Source: Clostridia bacterium (lineage in GTDB: Bacteria; Bacillota; Clostridia; UBA1212). From it: a stretch of 57,023 nt of DNA. Below the pieces are notes generated by a model. The model saw nothing but the letters and a program-made list of their open reading frames with translations. It was not told the origin of the DNA and made no database searches. The stretch is from NCBI GenBank assembly GCA_017959965.1, contig JAGCZO010000014.1, positions 1 to 57,023 of the forward strand, read 5' to 3'. Below, in pieces: positions 7,120 to 19,122 of the stretch. Positions within the stretch are counted from its first letter, which is position 1. Every line of letters begins with the position of its first letter. The translations under genes were made by a program, and so were the position numbers.

Positions 7120-8645
7120 TGCTCACCTCCGTTCGATTTAGTCATGAGATAACCGATCTCTTCCTTTGTAGTGTGTCTCGCATCCACTTGTCCGGTGATA
7201 TGGCCGCTGCCCAGGACAATGATCCTGTCGCAAAGACCGATCAAAACGTCAAGATCCTCTCCGACAAATATGATGGCGGCGCCCCTTTCCTTCTGTTCGT
7301 TAAGAAGGTTGTAGATAAGGTACGATGAGTTGATGTCAAGGCCTCTCACCGGGTAGGCGACCATCAGAACTGTGGGGCCGGACGAGATCTCGCGTCCCAC
7401 CAGGACCTTCTGGACGTTGCCGCCGGAAAGTCTGCGGACGGGGGTCTGAATATTGGGGGTGACCACCTCAAGCTGCTCCACGATACGCTGCGCAAGGTCT
7501 GTCGGTCCCTTCTTCTCAAGGAATACAGAATGGCCTCTTCTGTAGCTTCGCAGCATCATATTGTCGATTATGTCCATGTTTCCCACAAGGCCCATGCCGA
7601 GCCTGTCTTCGGGTACGAAGGAGAGCCTCACGCCAAGGGCTCTTATCTGCAGCGGCGACATATCCTTCAGGCTCTTGCTCTCCCCCGTTTCGGGGTCAAT
7701 GTACATTATACCGCCTTCGTTGACGTGCTGAAGTCCGGCAATGGCCTCAAGAAGCTCTCTCTGTCCGCTTCCGGCGATGCCCGCAATGCCGAGGATCTCA
7801 CCGGCTTTTGACGTAAAAGAAATATCCTCAAGGACCTTGACTCCGTCGCGGTTGATGCAGGTAAGTCCCTCGACCACCAGCCTGGGAGACGGATCCACCG
7901 GGTCCGTACGGTTTATGTTGAGCTCTATCTTTTTGCCCACCATCATTTCCGTGAGCATCTCCACCGTGGCTTCCGAAGTCTTCACAGAGCCGATGGTCTC
8001 GCCCTTGCGGAGAACGGTCACTCTGTCCGAAACGGAGAGCACCTCCTGAAGCTTGTGGGTGATGATAATGATTGCTTTGCCGTCCTCCTTCATCTTGCGC
8101 ATGACCGCAAAAAGCTTAATGGTCTCCTGGGGCGTGAGAACGGCCGTGGGCTCATCCAGGATCAGGATATTGGCGCCTCTGTAAAGCACCTTTATGATCT
8201 CAACGGTCTGCTTTTCCGAAACAGACATCTCATAGATCTTTTTATTGGGGTCAAGGACAAAGCCGTATTTGTCGCAGAGCTCTTTGACTCTTTTCGCCGC
8301 GGCCTTGATGTCGAATTTGCCTTTTTCCTCCAGGCCAAGGACGATATTCTCCGTGGCGGTGAACACGTCGATCAGCTTGAAGTGCTGGTGGATCATTCCG
8401 ATACCGTTGTCAAAGGCGTCCTTAGGCGAGGAAATTACAACTTCTTCGCCGTTAATAAAGATCTGCCCCTCGTCGGGAAAATATATTCCGGAGATCATGT
8501 TCATAAGAGTGGTCTTTCCGGAACCGTTTTCCCCCAGCAGAGACAGTATCTCACCGTGATATAGTGTCAGGTTTACGTTTTTATTGGCCTGGATCCTGCC
8601 GAAACGCTTGTAGATCCCCTTCAGTTCAATAGCTACTGTTTCCAA
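7116..8645 (-). CDS. ABC transporter ATP-binding protein with duplicated NBDs
   Basis: Two nucleotide-binding domains are present (GENGSGKTT and GIAGSGQRE Walker A motifs; LSGG signature). The probable start is TTG 8645, 9 nt after AAGGAG. The maximal ORF extends to 8714. Confidence 0.9.
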   Translation of the reverse strand: METVAIELKGIYKRFGRIQANKNVNLTLYHGEILSLLGENGSGKTTLMNMISGIYFPDEGQIFINGEEVVISSPKDAFDNGIGMIHQHFKLIDVFTATENIVLGLEEKGKFDIKAAAKRVKELCDKYGFVLDPNKKIYEMSVSEKQTVEIIKVLYRGANILILDEPTAVLTPQETIKLFAVMRKMKEDGKAIIIITHKLQEVLSVSDRVTVLRKGETIGSVKTSEATVEMLTEMMVGKKIELNINRTDPVDPSPRLVVEGLTCINRDGVKVLEDISFTSKAGEILGIAGIAGSGQRELLEAIAGLQHVNEGGIMYIDPETGESKSLKDMSPLQIRALGVRLSFVPEDRLGMGLVGNMDIIDNMMLRSYRRGHSVFLEKKGPTDLAQRIVEQLEVVTPNIQTPVRRLSGGNVQKVLVGREISSGPTVLMVAYPVRGLDINSSYLIYNLLNEQKERGAAIIFVGEDLDVLIGLCDRIIVLGSGHITGQVDARHTTKEEIGYLMTKSNGGEQ

Positions 8646-8911
8646 AGCCGCATTCTCCTTCGAAGGTTCTGACTTTTCGCCGAGCCGACAAAACAAACAG
8701 CCACGTCTCAACAAAAAGGGCGTGGTGGTTTCTTTTCACGGCTCCTGCCGCATGGTTATGGCCTGTTCTTTTCCTGCGGCATCGTTTTCGGACCGAGCCG
8801 CAGCAAGTAAACAGTTTTTGTGTTTCCCGGAAACGCGGCCCCGTTTAAAGGACCCCGTTCCCGGATGGTTTTGGCGAATCGACTTTAATCAGTCATCCGC
8901 GCCGAAGCTCA

Positions 8912-10117
8912 TTACTGCTCGGTGATACCGTCGATGAGGAAGTCAAAGTAAGGAGCGGATCTGAACTGATCTGCGTTGGACTCATCGAAGTAACCGTCAT
9001 GAATAACGTTGGTCTCGGGTACGAAGTCGCCGTTGTCAACAACGTCGGCAACATACTCGGTAAGAGTCTGGCCGTCCTTTGTCCAGGTGCTTGTATCGAA
9101 AACGTTGAGCTCGCCTGCGATCATCTTGGCTTTAGCTGCGTCGATAGCTTCCTGTGTGCCTGCAGCGGCAACAGCGGTGTTGAGCTTTGTGAGGGCAACA
9201 GAACCTGTTGCGAAGGTTCCGCAGAAGTCAACGGGGATCTTTGTTCCGTCAACAGCGGCTTTGATGATGAGCTCGAAGTAAGGCTCCCAGTCGATCTTTG
9301 AAGAAATAAGAGCGGTGGTGGGTCCGAGAGGAGTGGTGTCGATGTTGTAAGCAACGTTCGGAACACCTGCGATCTCGCAAGCCTTAGGAGCGCCTTCGGA
9401 GTCAGCGTGCTGGCTGATGAGTACGCATCCGCTGGAAATGAGGTTCTCGGCAGCTGTTCTCTCTTTTGCAATGTCAAACCAGGAGTTTGTGTAAGTAACT
9501 ACCATTGTAGCGCTGGGGCAAACAGACCTTGCGCCAAGGAAGAAGGATGTGTATCCGGATTTAACCTCGGCATACGGCCAAGCGCCGACGTAACCGATCT
9601 TGGCATCGGAAGAAGCGATCTTTCCGCTGGAGATCATCTCGTTGAGCTTCATACCGGCGGCAACACCTGCGAGGTAGCGGCCCTGGTAGATGGAAGCGAA
9701 TGCGTTGTGATAGTTGTCAAGGTTGACGACTTTGGCTTTGGTTCCGGTAGCGTGGCAGAACTGAACGTTCTTGAACTCTCTGGCTGCCTGGATCATGTAG
9801 TCCTCGTGGCCGAAGCTGTCAGCGAAAACGATGTTGCAGCCGGCGTCTGCCATCTCTGCAGCGGCGTTGTAGCAAGCGTCAGACTCGTCAACACCTGTTC
9901 TGATGATGACCTGGCTGTCCTTCAGGCCGAGTTTGGTCTGAATGGCTTTTACGGCGTTGATGAAGTTTGCGTCGTAGGTCGAGTTCTCGTCATGCAGGCA
10001 GATAACACCGATCTTGACGTTTTCCATCGTAACAGCGCCGCCTTCGTTGCCGGTGGTGCAGGCTGCGAGTGCAAATATTGCAGCAAATGCAATGATTATC
10101 GCAATAATTTTTTTCAT
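8912..10117 (-). CDS. BMP-family (Med/PnrA-like) ABC substrate-binding lipoprotein
   Basis: The signal peptide MKKIIAIIIAFAAIFALAAC has a lipobox Cys. The RBS GGAGGG precedes ATG 10117. It is the first gene of the ABC operon. Confidence 0.9.
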   Translation of the reverse strand: MKKIIAIIIAFAAIFALAACTTGNEGGAVTMENVKIGVICLHDENSTYDANFINAVKAIQTKLGLKDSQVIIRTGVDESDACYNAAAEMADAGCNIVFADSFGHEDYMIQAAREFKNVQFCHATGTKAKVVNLDNYHNAFASIYQGRYLAGVAAGMKLNEMISSGKIASSDAKIGYVGAWPYAEVKSGYTSFFLGARSVCPSATMVVTYTNSWFDIAKERTAAENLISSGCVLISQHADSEGAPKACEIAGVPNVAYNIDTTPLGPTTALISSKIDWEPYFELIIKAAVDGTKIPVDFCGTFATGSVALTKLNTAVAAAGTQEAIDAAKAKMIAGELNVFDTSTWTKDGQTLTEYVADVVDNGDFVPETNVIHDGYFDESNADQFRSAPYFDFLIDGITEQ

Positions 10118-10147
10118 GGTTCCCTCCAAATATTAATAATATAACGT

Positions 10148-10180
10148 GTGCTATATGCAAACAAAAAGCAGACCTTTGGG
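10148..10180 (-). terminator. intrinsic terminator in the leader of the BMP ABC operon (riboswitch expression platform)
   Basis: RNA sense CAGACUUUU-CCCC-AAAGGUCUG forms 9 bp including one G:U pair. It is followed by CUUUUUGUUUG and lies about 25 nt upstream of the RBS. Confidence 0.7.
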
Positions 10181-10231
10181 GAAAAGTCTGTTTTTGCCAA
10201 CACGCCCCGGATCCGCGCTGCAAGCATGAAA

Positions 10232-10326
10232 GCGGGGTTCACCAATAGTCGTGACATTCGGCGTCATGGTAGAAACTTTCCGGGCCGGTCGCAGTCGTCC
10301 GAAAACCCGATTGCGTTTCCCCGGAA
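10232..10326 (-). promoter_or_regulatory. purine (guanine-type) riboswitch-like aptamer with an enlarged P2
   Basis: RNA sense ...AAGUUUCUACCAUGACGCCGAAUGUCACGACUAUUGG matches the conserved J2/3-P3-L3-J3/1 half of purine riboswitches, with a C at the specificity position. P1 pairs GCCAAUA with UAUUGGU. P2 pairs UUUCCGGG with CCCGGAAA but encloses a 35-nt insert instead of the 7-nt L2 loop. Confidence 0.55.
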
Positions 10327-10468
10327 ATATATTGGCAAAATATTTGGTTTGCCGTCCCTGCAGCACCTTGGCGCCGCAAGGACCATGTCCTGAAAATACC
10401 GTCCCGCAGCAGGCTGCGGGTTTATGCTAGTCACCAAAAACAAAAGGCGCAGCGATACAAAGTGTATG

Positions 10469-11053
10469 CTACGACCTGAATTTGATGTTTTCGCCATTCA
10501 TTTCGTCTATGATCGCCAACGATTCTACGCGAATGCCCCTTGCCCGGAAAGCGTCTCCGCCGCCCTGGTAGCCCTTCTCTATGGCGGCACAGAGCCCCGC
10601 AAGCTCGGCGCCGGACTGCTTCACAATTTCGGCAAGACCTTCCATGGCTTCTCCGGTGGCAAGAAAATCGTCGATCACAAGGATCCTGTCCTCAGGCGAG
10701 AGGAACTCGGAGCTTATAGCGATCTCATAGTCTTTCCCGTGGGTGTAGGAGTGCACCGACGCTTTGTAGACGTCTCCGAAAAAGTTTTTTGCGCTGCTTT
10801 TTTTCGCAAATACCATCGGTACCTTAAGATAGTACGCCGCCGCAAGCGCAATGGCGATTCCGGAAGCCTCTACGGTCACGATTTTGGTCACCCGGGCATC
10901 CGCAAACAGGTCGCGGATCTCTTTGCCCATCTGAAAGATAAAGTCTGTGTCGATCCTCTGGTTGAGAAATCCTCCCACCAAAAGGATGTCTCCGGAACAA
11001 ACCTTTCCCTCCGCCAAAATCTTTTCTTCAAGTGCCTTCACGACTGCCTCCAA
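10469..11053 (-). CDS. xpt: xanthine phosphoribosyltransferase
   Basis: The N-terminus MEAVVKALEEKILAEGKV resembles B. subtilis Xpt, and VLVIDDFLATGEA is the PRPP motif. The start codon is TTG. Confidence 0.9.
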   Translation of the reverse strand: MEAVVKALEEKILAEGKVCSGDILLVGGFLNQRIDTDFIFQMGKEIRDLFADARVTKIVTVEASGIAIALAAAYYLKVPMVFAKKSSAKNFFGDVYKASVHSYTHGKDYEIAISSEFLSPEDRILVIDDFLATGEAMEGLAEIVKQSGAELAGLCAAIEKGYQGGGDAFRARGIRVESLAIIDEMNGENIKFRS

Positions 11054-11074
11054 GGGAAGAAAAAATACACTTTT

Positions 11075-11103
11075 ATTTTATCACTTGTTTCGCGTCCGTT
11101 CAA
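11075..11103 (-). promoter_or_regulatory. candidate xpt promoter
   Basis: On the minus strand: TTGAAC, a 17-nt spacer, then TAAAAT. The leader is too short for a riboswitch. Confidence 0.5.
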
Positions 11104-11171
11104 CTGTTTTTCCCCTTATAATGAGGTAATTTCTTATATTATTATAAAATCAGCCCACCGTTTTCGGCACA

Positions 11172-11197
11172 GAAAAAAGGAGCCCTTGCGGACCCCC
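11172..11197 (-). terminator. tuf terminator
   Basis: RNA GGGGUCC-GCAA-GGGCUCC followed by UUUUUU. Confidence 0.75.
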
Positions 11198-11228
11198 GTT
11201 TTCCTTGTTAACCTTATCAGGTTTTTAA

Positions 11229-12440
11229 TTATTCGATGATCGAAGCAACGGTGCCTGCACCGACTGTTCTGCCGCCCTCGCGGATAGCGAAGCGGAGTCC
11301 CTGCTCCATAGCGATAGGAGTGATAAGCTGAACTTCCATCTCGATGTTATCGCCGGGCATAACCATCTCAACGCCTGCGGGGAGAGTGATGACGCCGGTA
11401 ACGTCAGTTGTTCTGAAGTAGAACTGAGGTCTGTAGTTGGAGAAGAAGGGCTTATGACGTCCACCCTCATCTTTGGTCAGAACGTAGACCTGACCCTTGA
11501 AATGAGTGTGCGGATGGATCGTTCCGGGTTTTACGATAACCTGGCCGCGCTCAACGTCTGTTCTCTGAATACCACGGAGAAGAACACCGATGTTGTCGCC
11601 TGCTTCAGCCTGGTCGAGGAGCTTTCTGAACATCTCAACGCCGGTAACAACTGTGCTGAGCTTCTCATCTTTAAGTCCAACGATCTCTGCAGCGTCGCCG
11701 ACTTTGATGGTGCCTCTCTCAAGACGGCCCGTAGCAACTGTTCCGCGGCCTGTGATGGTGAAAACGTCTTCAACAGGGAGAAGGAACGGCTTGTCAGTCG
11801 GTCTCTGAGGAGTCGGGATATAAGTGTCAACAGCGTCCATAAGCTCGTGGATGCAAGCATACTCGGGAGCGTTAGGATCTGTGCTGGTGCTCTCAAGAGC
11901 GAGCAGAGCGGAACCTCTGATGATCGGGATCTCGTCGCCCGGGAAGTCGTACTGGTTGAGAAGCTCTCTGATCTCCATCTCGGAGAGGTCGAGGAGTTCC
12001 TGATCCTCGGGAGCCAGCTGGTCGCACTTGTTCATGAAAACAACGATGTAAGGAACACCGACCTGACGGGCAAGAAGGATATGCTCTCTGGTCTGAGCCT
12101 GCGGGCCGTCCGGACCGGAAACGAGGAGAATAGCACCGTCCATCTGAGCAGCACCGGTGATCATGTTCTTAACATAGTCAGCGTGTCCGGGGCAGTCAAC
12201 GTGAGCGTAGTGTCTCTTCTCTGTCTGATACTCAACGTGAGCTGTGTTGATCGTAATACCTCTCTGTCTCTCTTCGGGAGCTGCGTCGATCTGGTCATAT
12301 GCTTTAACCACGATGCTGGAGTCTGTGAAGCTGAGAACTTTGGTGATAGCTGCGGTGAGCGTAGTCTTACCGTGGTCAACGTGGCCAATCGTACCAATGT
12401 TAACGTGGGGTTTTGTTCTTTCGAACTTTGCTTTTGCCAT
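11229..12440 (-). CDS. tuf: elongation factor Tu
   Basis: [35 protein letters not shown] and NKCD motifs are present. The RBS GGAGGAA lies upstream of ATG 12440. Confidence 0.98.
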   Translation of the reverse strand: MAKAKFERTKPHVNIGTIGHVDHGKTTLTAAITKVLSFTDSSIVVKAYDQIDAAPEERQRGITINTAHVEYQTEKRHYAHVDCPGHADYVKNMITGAAQMDGAILLVSGPDGPQAQTREHILLARQVGVPYIVVFMNKCDQLAPEDQELLDLSEMEIRELLNQYDFPGDEIPIIRGSALLALESTSTDPNAPEYACIHELMDAVDTYIPTPQRPTDKPFLLPVEDVFTITGRGTVATGRLERGTIKVGDAAEIVGLKDEKLSTVVTGVEMFRKLLDQAEAGDNIGVLLRGIQRTDVERGQVIVKPGTIHPHTHFKGQVYVLTKDEGGRHKPFFSNYRPQFYFRTTDVTGVITLPAGVEMVMPGDNIEMEVQLITPIAMEQGLRFAIREGGRTVGAGTVASIIE

Positions 12441-12514
12441 AGTGTATGATTCCTCCTTCAGTAAATGAATCTGCAACAAGTTTATGGGTGCGTTCTACCG
12501 CACATACTTAGTGA

Positions 12515-12543
12515 ATTATATCAAAAGGACTGCGTCATTTCAA
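12515..12543 (-). promoter_or_regulatory. internal tuf promoter
   Basis: On the minus strand: TTGAAA, a 17-nt spacer, then TATAAT, inside the 210-bp fusA-tuf spacer. Confidence 0.6.
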
Positions 12544-12650
12544 CAATGATTTTCATCGTCAAATTCGCTGTCATGAGAGACTTAAAAGGCTCCGACGCGC
12601 CGGCACCGGACTGTCCGGGCCTGCTGTTTTTACCTAATTATGCCTCTTTA

Positions 12651-14750
12651 TCAGTAGCGTGCGCCGTTGAGGATCGTTTCCTGCACTCCGCGGGGAACCT
12701 CCTCGTAGTGGCTTGGCTCCATTGTAAACATGCCTCTTCCCTGTGTGATGGATCTCAGAGACGTGGTGTAGCCGAACATCTCCGCCAACGGGACCGAAGC
12801 GCTGATCTTCTTCAGGCCTTTGCCGTCGTCGTCCGTGCCGTCGATTCTGGCTCTCTTAGAGCCGAGACCGCCGATAACGTCGCCAAAGTACTGCTCAGGC
12901 ACTGTGATAACGACCTTCATGATGGGTTCCAGAAGGACCGGATCGGCTTTCTTCATGGCTTCCTTGAAGGCCATTGAACCGGCGATCTTGAATGCCATTT
13001 CAGAGGAGTCGACCTCGTGGTAAGATCCGTCCAGGAGCGTCACCTTAACGTCCACTACGGGATAGCCCGCCAGGACACCGCTTGCCATGGCGTCGCGGAT
13101 ACCCTGGTCAATGGGGGCGATGTACTCCTTGGGGATGACTCCTCCGACGATCTTATTGACGAATTCGTATCCCTTGCCCCGTTCCACAGGCTCGATCTGG
13201 ATGACGCAGTGTCCGTACTGGCCTCTTCCTCCGGACTGGCGGACAAATTTGCCTTCCTGAGTGACGGCCCTTCTGATGCCTTCCTTGTAAGCGACCTGAG
13301 GACTGCCAACGTTTGCCTCCACCTTGAATTCACGAAGCAGCCTGTCGACAATGATGTCGAGATGAAGCTCTCCCATGCCCGAAATGACCGTCTGGCCCGT
13401 CTCAACGTTTGTTGCGACGCGGAACGTGGGATCCTCATCGGCAAGCTTCTGGAGCGCAAGGCTCATCTTTTCCTGTCCGGCCTTCGTTTTCGGTTCCACC
13501 GCAACGGAGATGACCGGCTCCGGGAATACCATTGACTCAAGGATGATAGGCTTTGAAGGCTCGCAGAGAGTGTTGCCCGTGGTAGTGTCTTTCAGACCTA
13601 TAACAGCGGCAATATCGCCTGCGTAGACCTCGCTGACCTCAGTCTTCTGGTCGGCGTGCATCAGAACGATGCGTCCGACTCTTTCGCGCTTGTCCTTCGA
13701 CGCGTTCAGAACGTAGGAACCGACTTTCAGCACTCCGGAGTAGACTCTTATGAAGCACAGTTTTCCGTACTGGTCGGACACGATCTTGAATGCCAGCGCT
13801 GAGAAGGGCTCGTCGTCGCTGGGATGCCTTTCCGCCTCGTTTCCGTTGGGCAGCTGGCCCTTGATAGCGGGAATGTCCAGCGGGGAGGGCATGTAGTCGA
13901 CGATGGCGTCAAGCAGCTGCTGAACGCCCTTGTTTTTGTAGGAAGAACCGCATGTCACCGGAACGAAATGCAAAGCCAAAGTGCCTTTCCTGATGGCAAG
14001 TTTAATGTCGTCCACCGACAGCTCCTCGCCTTCAAGATATTTCATCATGACTTCGTCGTCCTCCTCGGCAACGGTATCGATCATCTGCTCGCGGTACTTA
14101 GTGGCAAGCTCAAGCATGTCATCCGGCACCGGACCGATCTCAACGTCATTGCCTTCGGGGTCGCGGTAAATATGCGCTTCCATCTTGACCAGATCGATAA
14201 CGCCGATAAAAGTCTCTTCCTTGCCGATAGGCAGCTGGATGGGGACCGCATTGGCTCCGAGCCTGGTCTTTATCATGTCGACGACCCGGTAAAAGTCGGC
14301 TCCCATGATGTCCATCTTGTTAACGTGGGCGATCCTGGGAACGTGATAGCGGTCCGCCTGGCGCCAGACTGTCTCCGACTGCGGCTCAACGCCTCCTTTG
14401 GCGCAGAACAGGGTCACGGAGCCGTCCAGAACCCGCAGGGAACGCTCGACCTCCACCGTGAAATCAACGTGTCCGGGGGTATCGATTATATTGATCCTTG
14501 TGTCTTTGCTCTTTCCGTCCTCACCGGTGGTACGCCAATGAACAGTAGTCGCAGCGGACGCGATAGTGATGCCGCGCTCCTGCTCCTGCTCCATCGAATC
14601 CATCGTCGCCGTTCCGTCATGCACCTCGCCTGCCTTGTGGATCCTGCCTGTGTAAAGCAGGATTCTCTCGGTCGTGGTGGTCTTTCCGGCGTCAATGTGC
14701 GCCATTATTCCGATGTTTCTCGTATTTTCAAGCGAAAACTCTCTGGCCAT
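12651..14750 (-). CDS. fusA: elongation factor G
   Basis: [20 protein letters not shown] and DTPGHVDF motifs; 699 aa. Confidence 0.98.
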   Translation of the reverse strand: MAREFSLENTRNIGIMAHIDAGKTTTTERILLYTGRIHKAGEVHDGTATMDSMEQEQERGITIASAATTVHWRTTGEDGKSKDTRINIIDTPGHVDFTVEVERSLRVLDGSVTLFCAKGGVEPQSETVWRQADRYHVPRIAHVNKMDIMGADFYRVVDMIKTRLGANAVPIQLPIGKEETFIGVIDLVKMEAHIYRDPEGNDVEIGPVPDDMLELATKYREQMIDTVAEEDDEVMMKYLEGEELSVDDIKLAIRKGTLALHFVPVTCGSSYKNKGVQQLLDAIVDYMPSPLDIPAIKGQLPNGNEAERHPSDDEPFSALAFKIVSDQYGKLCFIRVYSGVLKVGSYVLNASKDKRERVGRIVLMHADQKTEVSEVYAGDIAAVIGLKDTTTGNTLCEPSKPIILESMVFPEPVISVAVEPKTKAGQEKMSLALQKLADEDPTFRVATNVETGQTVISGMGELHLDIIVDRLLREFKVEANVGSPQVAYKEGIRRAVTQEGKFVRQSGGRGQYGHCVIQIEPVERGKGYEFVNKIVGGVIPKEYIAPIDQGIRDAMASGVLAGYPVVDVKVTLLDGSYHEVDSSEMAFKIAGSMAFKEAMKKADPVLLEPIMKVVITVPEQYFGDVIGGLGSKRARIDGTDDDGKGLKKISASVPLAEMFGYTTSLRSITQGRGMFTMEPSHYEEVPRGVQETILNGARY

Positions 14751-14771
14751 CGATCAAATACTCCAAAAAAA

Positions 14772-15260
<489 letters not shown>

Positions 15261-15510
15261 TTATTTTAAATCAATTGACGCGCATTTCGCGCCAACGGTA
15301 CTCTGCACTTGCCGCGTGCAGTCTGTGCTGGATTACTTTAAGAAATATCGCCGCATAATTTCTTGTGAAATCATTTTGACGTATAATATTCGTTTCCAGT
15401 AACCGGCACCCTTAGCCCGGACCCTTGTCGATCCCGGCTAATCGCTGCTTCCCGAGCTTACGTTCCGTCCGCAGCTTGCCAAAACAATTTCATAGGAAAT
15501 CTCCGGCAAT

Positions 15511-15574
15511 AATAATCGTTCATCGTTTTCTGTCTTCGCCTTCCGGCTTACGTCATCGCCAATGAACGATTATT
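15511..15574. repeat. 13-bp perfect inverted repeat at the rpsL stop codon
   Basis: aataatcgttcat (15511-15523) pairs with atgaacgattatt (15562-15574), separated by 38 nt. The right arm overlaps the rpsL TAA. Confidence 0.8.
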
Positions 15575-15989
15575 TCTTTGCCTTCGGCACCTTAGCGCCG
15601 TACTTGGATCTGCCCTGCATTCTGTTGGTAACACCTGCTGTATCCAGAGAACCTCTGACGATGTGGTACCTTACGCCCGGGAGATCTTTAACCCTGCCTC
15701 CTCTGATAAGCACTACGCTGTGCTCCTGCAGATTGTGGCCGATTCCGGGAATGTACGCTGTGACTTCCATACCGTTTGTCAGTCTTACCCTTGCGATCTT
15801 TCTGAGCGCGGAGTTAGGCTTCTTCGGGGTCGTTGTTCTGACGTTTGTGCAAACGCCTCTTTTCTGAGGGCTGCTGATGTCAGTGCTCTTTTTCTTCAGA
15901 GAGTTAAATCCCTTCTGGAGCGCCGGCGCCGTAGATTTGTAAGTCACGATCTCTCTTCCCTTACGAACCAATTGGTTAAATGTTGGCAT
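15570..15989 (-). CDS. rpsL: 30S ribosomal protein S12
   Basis: [13 protein letters not shown]...[10 protein letters not shown].... Confidence 0.98.
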   Translation of the reverse strand: MPTFNQLVRKGREIVTYKSTAPALQKGFNSLKKKSTDISSPQKRGVCTNVRTTTPKKPNSALRKIARVRLTNGMEVTAYIPGIGHNLQEHSVVLIRGGRVKDLPGVRYHIVRGSLDTAGVTNRMQGRSKYGAKVPKAKK

Positions 15990-16140
15990 CTATCGATTCA
16001 CCTCCTTCTTAAATGATCCGCCGCGTCTTATCGCTGCCGGTCCTTGCTCTTCCGCAGGCGTTCCCGTCGTAACCGTCGTTATGGCCGGACGCTTTTTGAG
16101 CCGCAAAAACGCAACACCGCACAAGACGGCAAGCTTGAGG

Positions 16141-16170
16141 ATTATAATCCAACTGCAGTGTCCTTGTCAA
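16141..16170 (-). promoter_or_regulatory. str-operon (rpsL) promoter with an A/T-rich UP-like element
   Basis: On the minus strand: TTGACA (16170-16165), an 18-nt spacer, then TATAAT (16146-16141). It is preceded by aaaataaaaagaaaaatg. Confidence 0.65.
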
Positions 16171-16484
16171 GCATTTTTCTTTTTATTTTAAATACATTTA
16201 AAGGTTTATTGACGCTTTGCCGCTTTTCAGAATTTTACCGGGGCTTTTTCCCGGGTTTTTCTCCCGCCGGAGCACCCGCCTAAGACCTCTTGTACGGCGT
16301 TTTGCGGGGATCTTTCCCGCTGTTTGCGAAAAGGGCGGCGGAACAGTCGTCAAGATCATGAATCTGCCGAGCGGAAGGGCAATTTATCAAGTTAATTTTT
16401 GTCGCATTTTTTCGGAAATTATTCAATTTTATATTTTTTGTTTGAGAAAGGCCCTGATTTTCCGTTTTTTTGCCGGATTTGCCC

Positions 16485-16512
16485 TTGAAAAAACGTTTAA
16501 ACCCTGTATAAT
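16485..16512 (+). promoter_or_regulatory. candidate promoter of the ParB-like gene
   Basis: TTGAAA at 16485-16490, a 16-nt spacer, then TATAAT at 16507-16512. Confidence 0.5.
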
Positions 16513-16552
16513 TGCCTTACTTTCGACCTTTTTTGGAAAGGAGTTTTTGTTA

Positions 16553-17734
16553 ATGTTTGATCCAAACAGCATATTATTTGATCACAGCAGTTCACTTGAT
16601 GAAAAGGAGGCAGGCAGCAATAAAGTTTCTTCAGACCCTGCCGCCCCGGGCCGGAACAGTTCGGCGCTTATCGAGCCTCAGTATCCCGGGAATTCTTCCG
16701 GCAGCCCGGGCGAAGCGCCCGGATCAGGCCGCCTTATGTTCCCGGAAGCCCGCGAACAGGCGACCTGCCGCATCACGGAGATCCCATTGGCGTGTATTAC
16801 GCTGATGTCCGGGCTTTCCCTTGAGACTTATCTTTCTCTTGTCGGTAAAAACTATGATGTTTTAAAGACGGACAGCTCCCCCGTGCTTCTGCAGACCGAC
16901 GCATCAAGCTATTGCCTGATAAATCCCTTCGACGGGGCGGTCCGGATCACAAAAAGCCGAAACGGAGACGTCCTGAGAGCGGCGGTCTACAAGGTCAGAA
17001 AAAGGTTTGTCAAAGAGGTTCTCTCCCGGGTGGAGCTCTGCCTGGATCCCGGGGCCAACGTCATCGACGTTGCCGAGAGCTACAGGTTTCTGACCGCAGA
17101 GGTGGGGCTCCGCCAGAAGGATCTTTTCGCCTGGTTCGGTTGCTCCCAGCCCAACATTTCAAATAAGATCAGACTTTGCAGGCTGAGCGCTCCTGTGAAA
17201 AGAAAAATGAGATCCGCAGATCTCACCGAAAAACACGGCAGGGCGCTGCTCAACACAGACACCGAGGAAATGAGGCGGTACCTGGCCGACCTTTTTGCCG
17301 GGTACAAAATAAGCGCCTCCCGGGCAGAGCAGCTGGGAAGGGTGCTGAAAAATCAAAAAGTGGCAGAAATAGGCAAAGACGCGTATATAGCGCTGATCAA
17401 TGACTCCTTGAGTGACGTTTCCGCGGCCCTTGACCGGGAAAAGGAGGACCGGCTGAACACCCTGAAACGTGATATAAACGATATAAGGCGCAGCGGTATC
17501 CCGCTCCTTGTGAAAAACACTGAGACCGACGACTACGTTGAGCTTACGGTAAGGATCCCCAAAAATACTGCTTACATGCTTCAGTCGGCTCTGCCTCTTC
17601 CCGCGGCCGCAGAGGAAGGCTCCGGGGACAGCTCGTCCGCCGCGCCCGGCAGGATCATCAAGTTCCCCGACCCCGAAACAGTCGGGCGCATGCTTTCCGA
17701 GGACAAAGTCGAGGCCCCGGTAAGCGCAGGTTGA
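16553..17734 (+). CDS. ParB/Spo0J-like HTH protein with a degenerate N-terminal ParB (CTPase) domain
   Basis: VGLRQKDLFAWFGCSQPNISNKIRLCRLSAPVKRKMRSADLTEKHGRALL aligns with the ParB HTH region of the bona fide ParB at 20047..20952. The GERRWRA position reads NPFDGAVRI, and the ENIQRE position reads ELCLDPG. The RBS AAAGGAG precedes ATG 16553. The upstream 112 codons of ORF 16217.. are AT-rich and non-coding-like. Confidence 0.7.
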   Translation: MFDPNSILFDHSSSLDEKEAGSNKVSSDPAAPGRNSSALIEPQYPGNSSGSPGEAPGSGRLMFPEAREQATCRITEIPLACITLMSGLSLETYLSLVGKNYDVLKTDSSPVLLQTDASSYCLINPFDGAVRITKSRNGDVLRAAVYKVRKRFVKEVLSRVELCLDPGANVIDVAESYRFLTAEVGLRQKDLFAWFGCSQPNISNKIRLCRLSAPVKRKMRSADLTEKHGRALLNTDTEEMRRYLADLFAGYKISASRAEQLGRVLKNQKVAEIGKDAYIALINDSLSDVSAALDREKEDRLNTLKRDINDIRRSGIPLLVKNTETDDYVELTVRIPKNTAYMLQSALPLPAAAEEGSGDSSSAAPGRIIKFPDPETVGRMLSEDKVEAPVSAG

Positions 17735-17753
17735 CCGGTTTTCCATTGCGCAG

Positions 17754-17794
17754 AAAAGCGCGCGCCCTTTAATTTCCGGAGGCGCGCGCTTTTT
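17754..17794. terminator. bidirectional terminator between the ParB-like gene and serS
   Basis: aaaagcgcgcgcc...ggcgcgcgcttttt forms a 10-bp GC stem. Confidence 0.75.
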
Positions 17795-17814
17795 CTATTT
17801 ATAGGTTATATTTA

Positions 17815-19122
<1,308 letters not shown>

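Noticed and set aside
8715-8911. A structured 197-nt spacer between the SBP gene and the ABC ATPase gene (nested CCGGGAA(A)CG/CGTTCCCGG stem).
   Set aside because: This is most simply an intercistronic stabiliser or partial terminator that raises SBP stoichiometry, which is common in ABC operons. I recognise no conserved regulatory motif.
11054-11228. An expected purine riboswitch upstream of xpt.
   Set aside because: The region holds only the tuf terminator and a promoter about 25 nt from the start codon. No GUUUCUACC/GACUAU motifs are present.
16237-16260. A terminator-like element ACCGGGGCTTTTTCCCGGGTTTTT in the rpsL/ParB-like divergent region.
   Set aside because: On checking the base pairing, the arms (CCGGGG vs CCCGGG) are not properly complementary and form only 3+3 bp around a mismatch. 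This is too weak to call.
16217-16552. An N-terminal extension of 112 codons on the ParB-like ORF.
   Set aside because: This stretch is AT-rich with poly-T/poly-A runs and contains the predicted promoter. A good RBS (AAAGGAG) precedes ATG 16553. The open frame is fortuitous.
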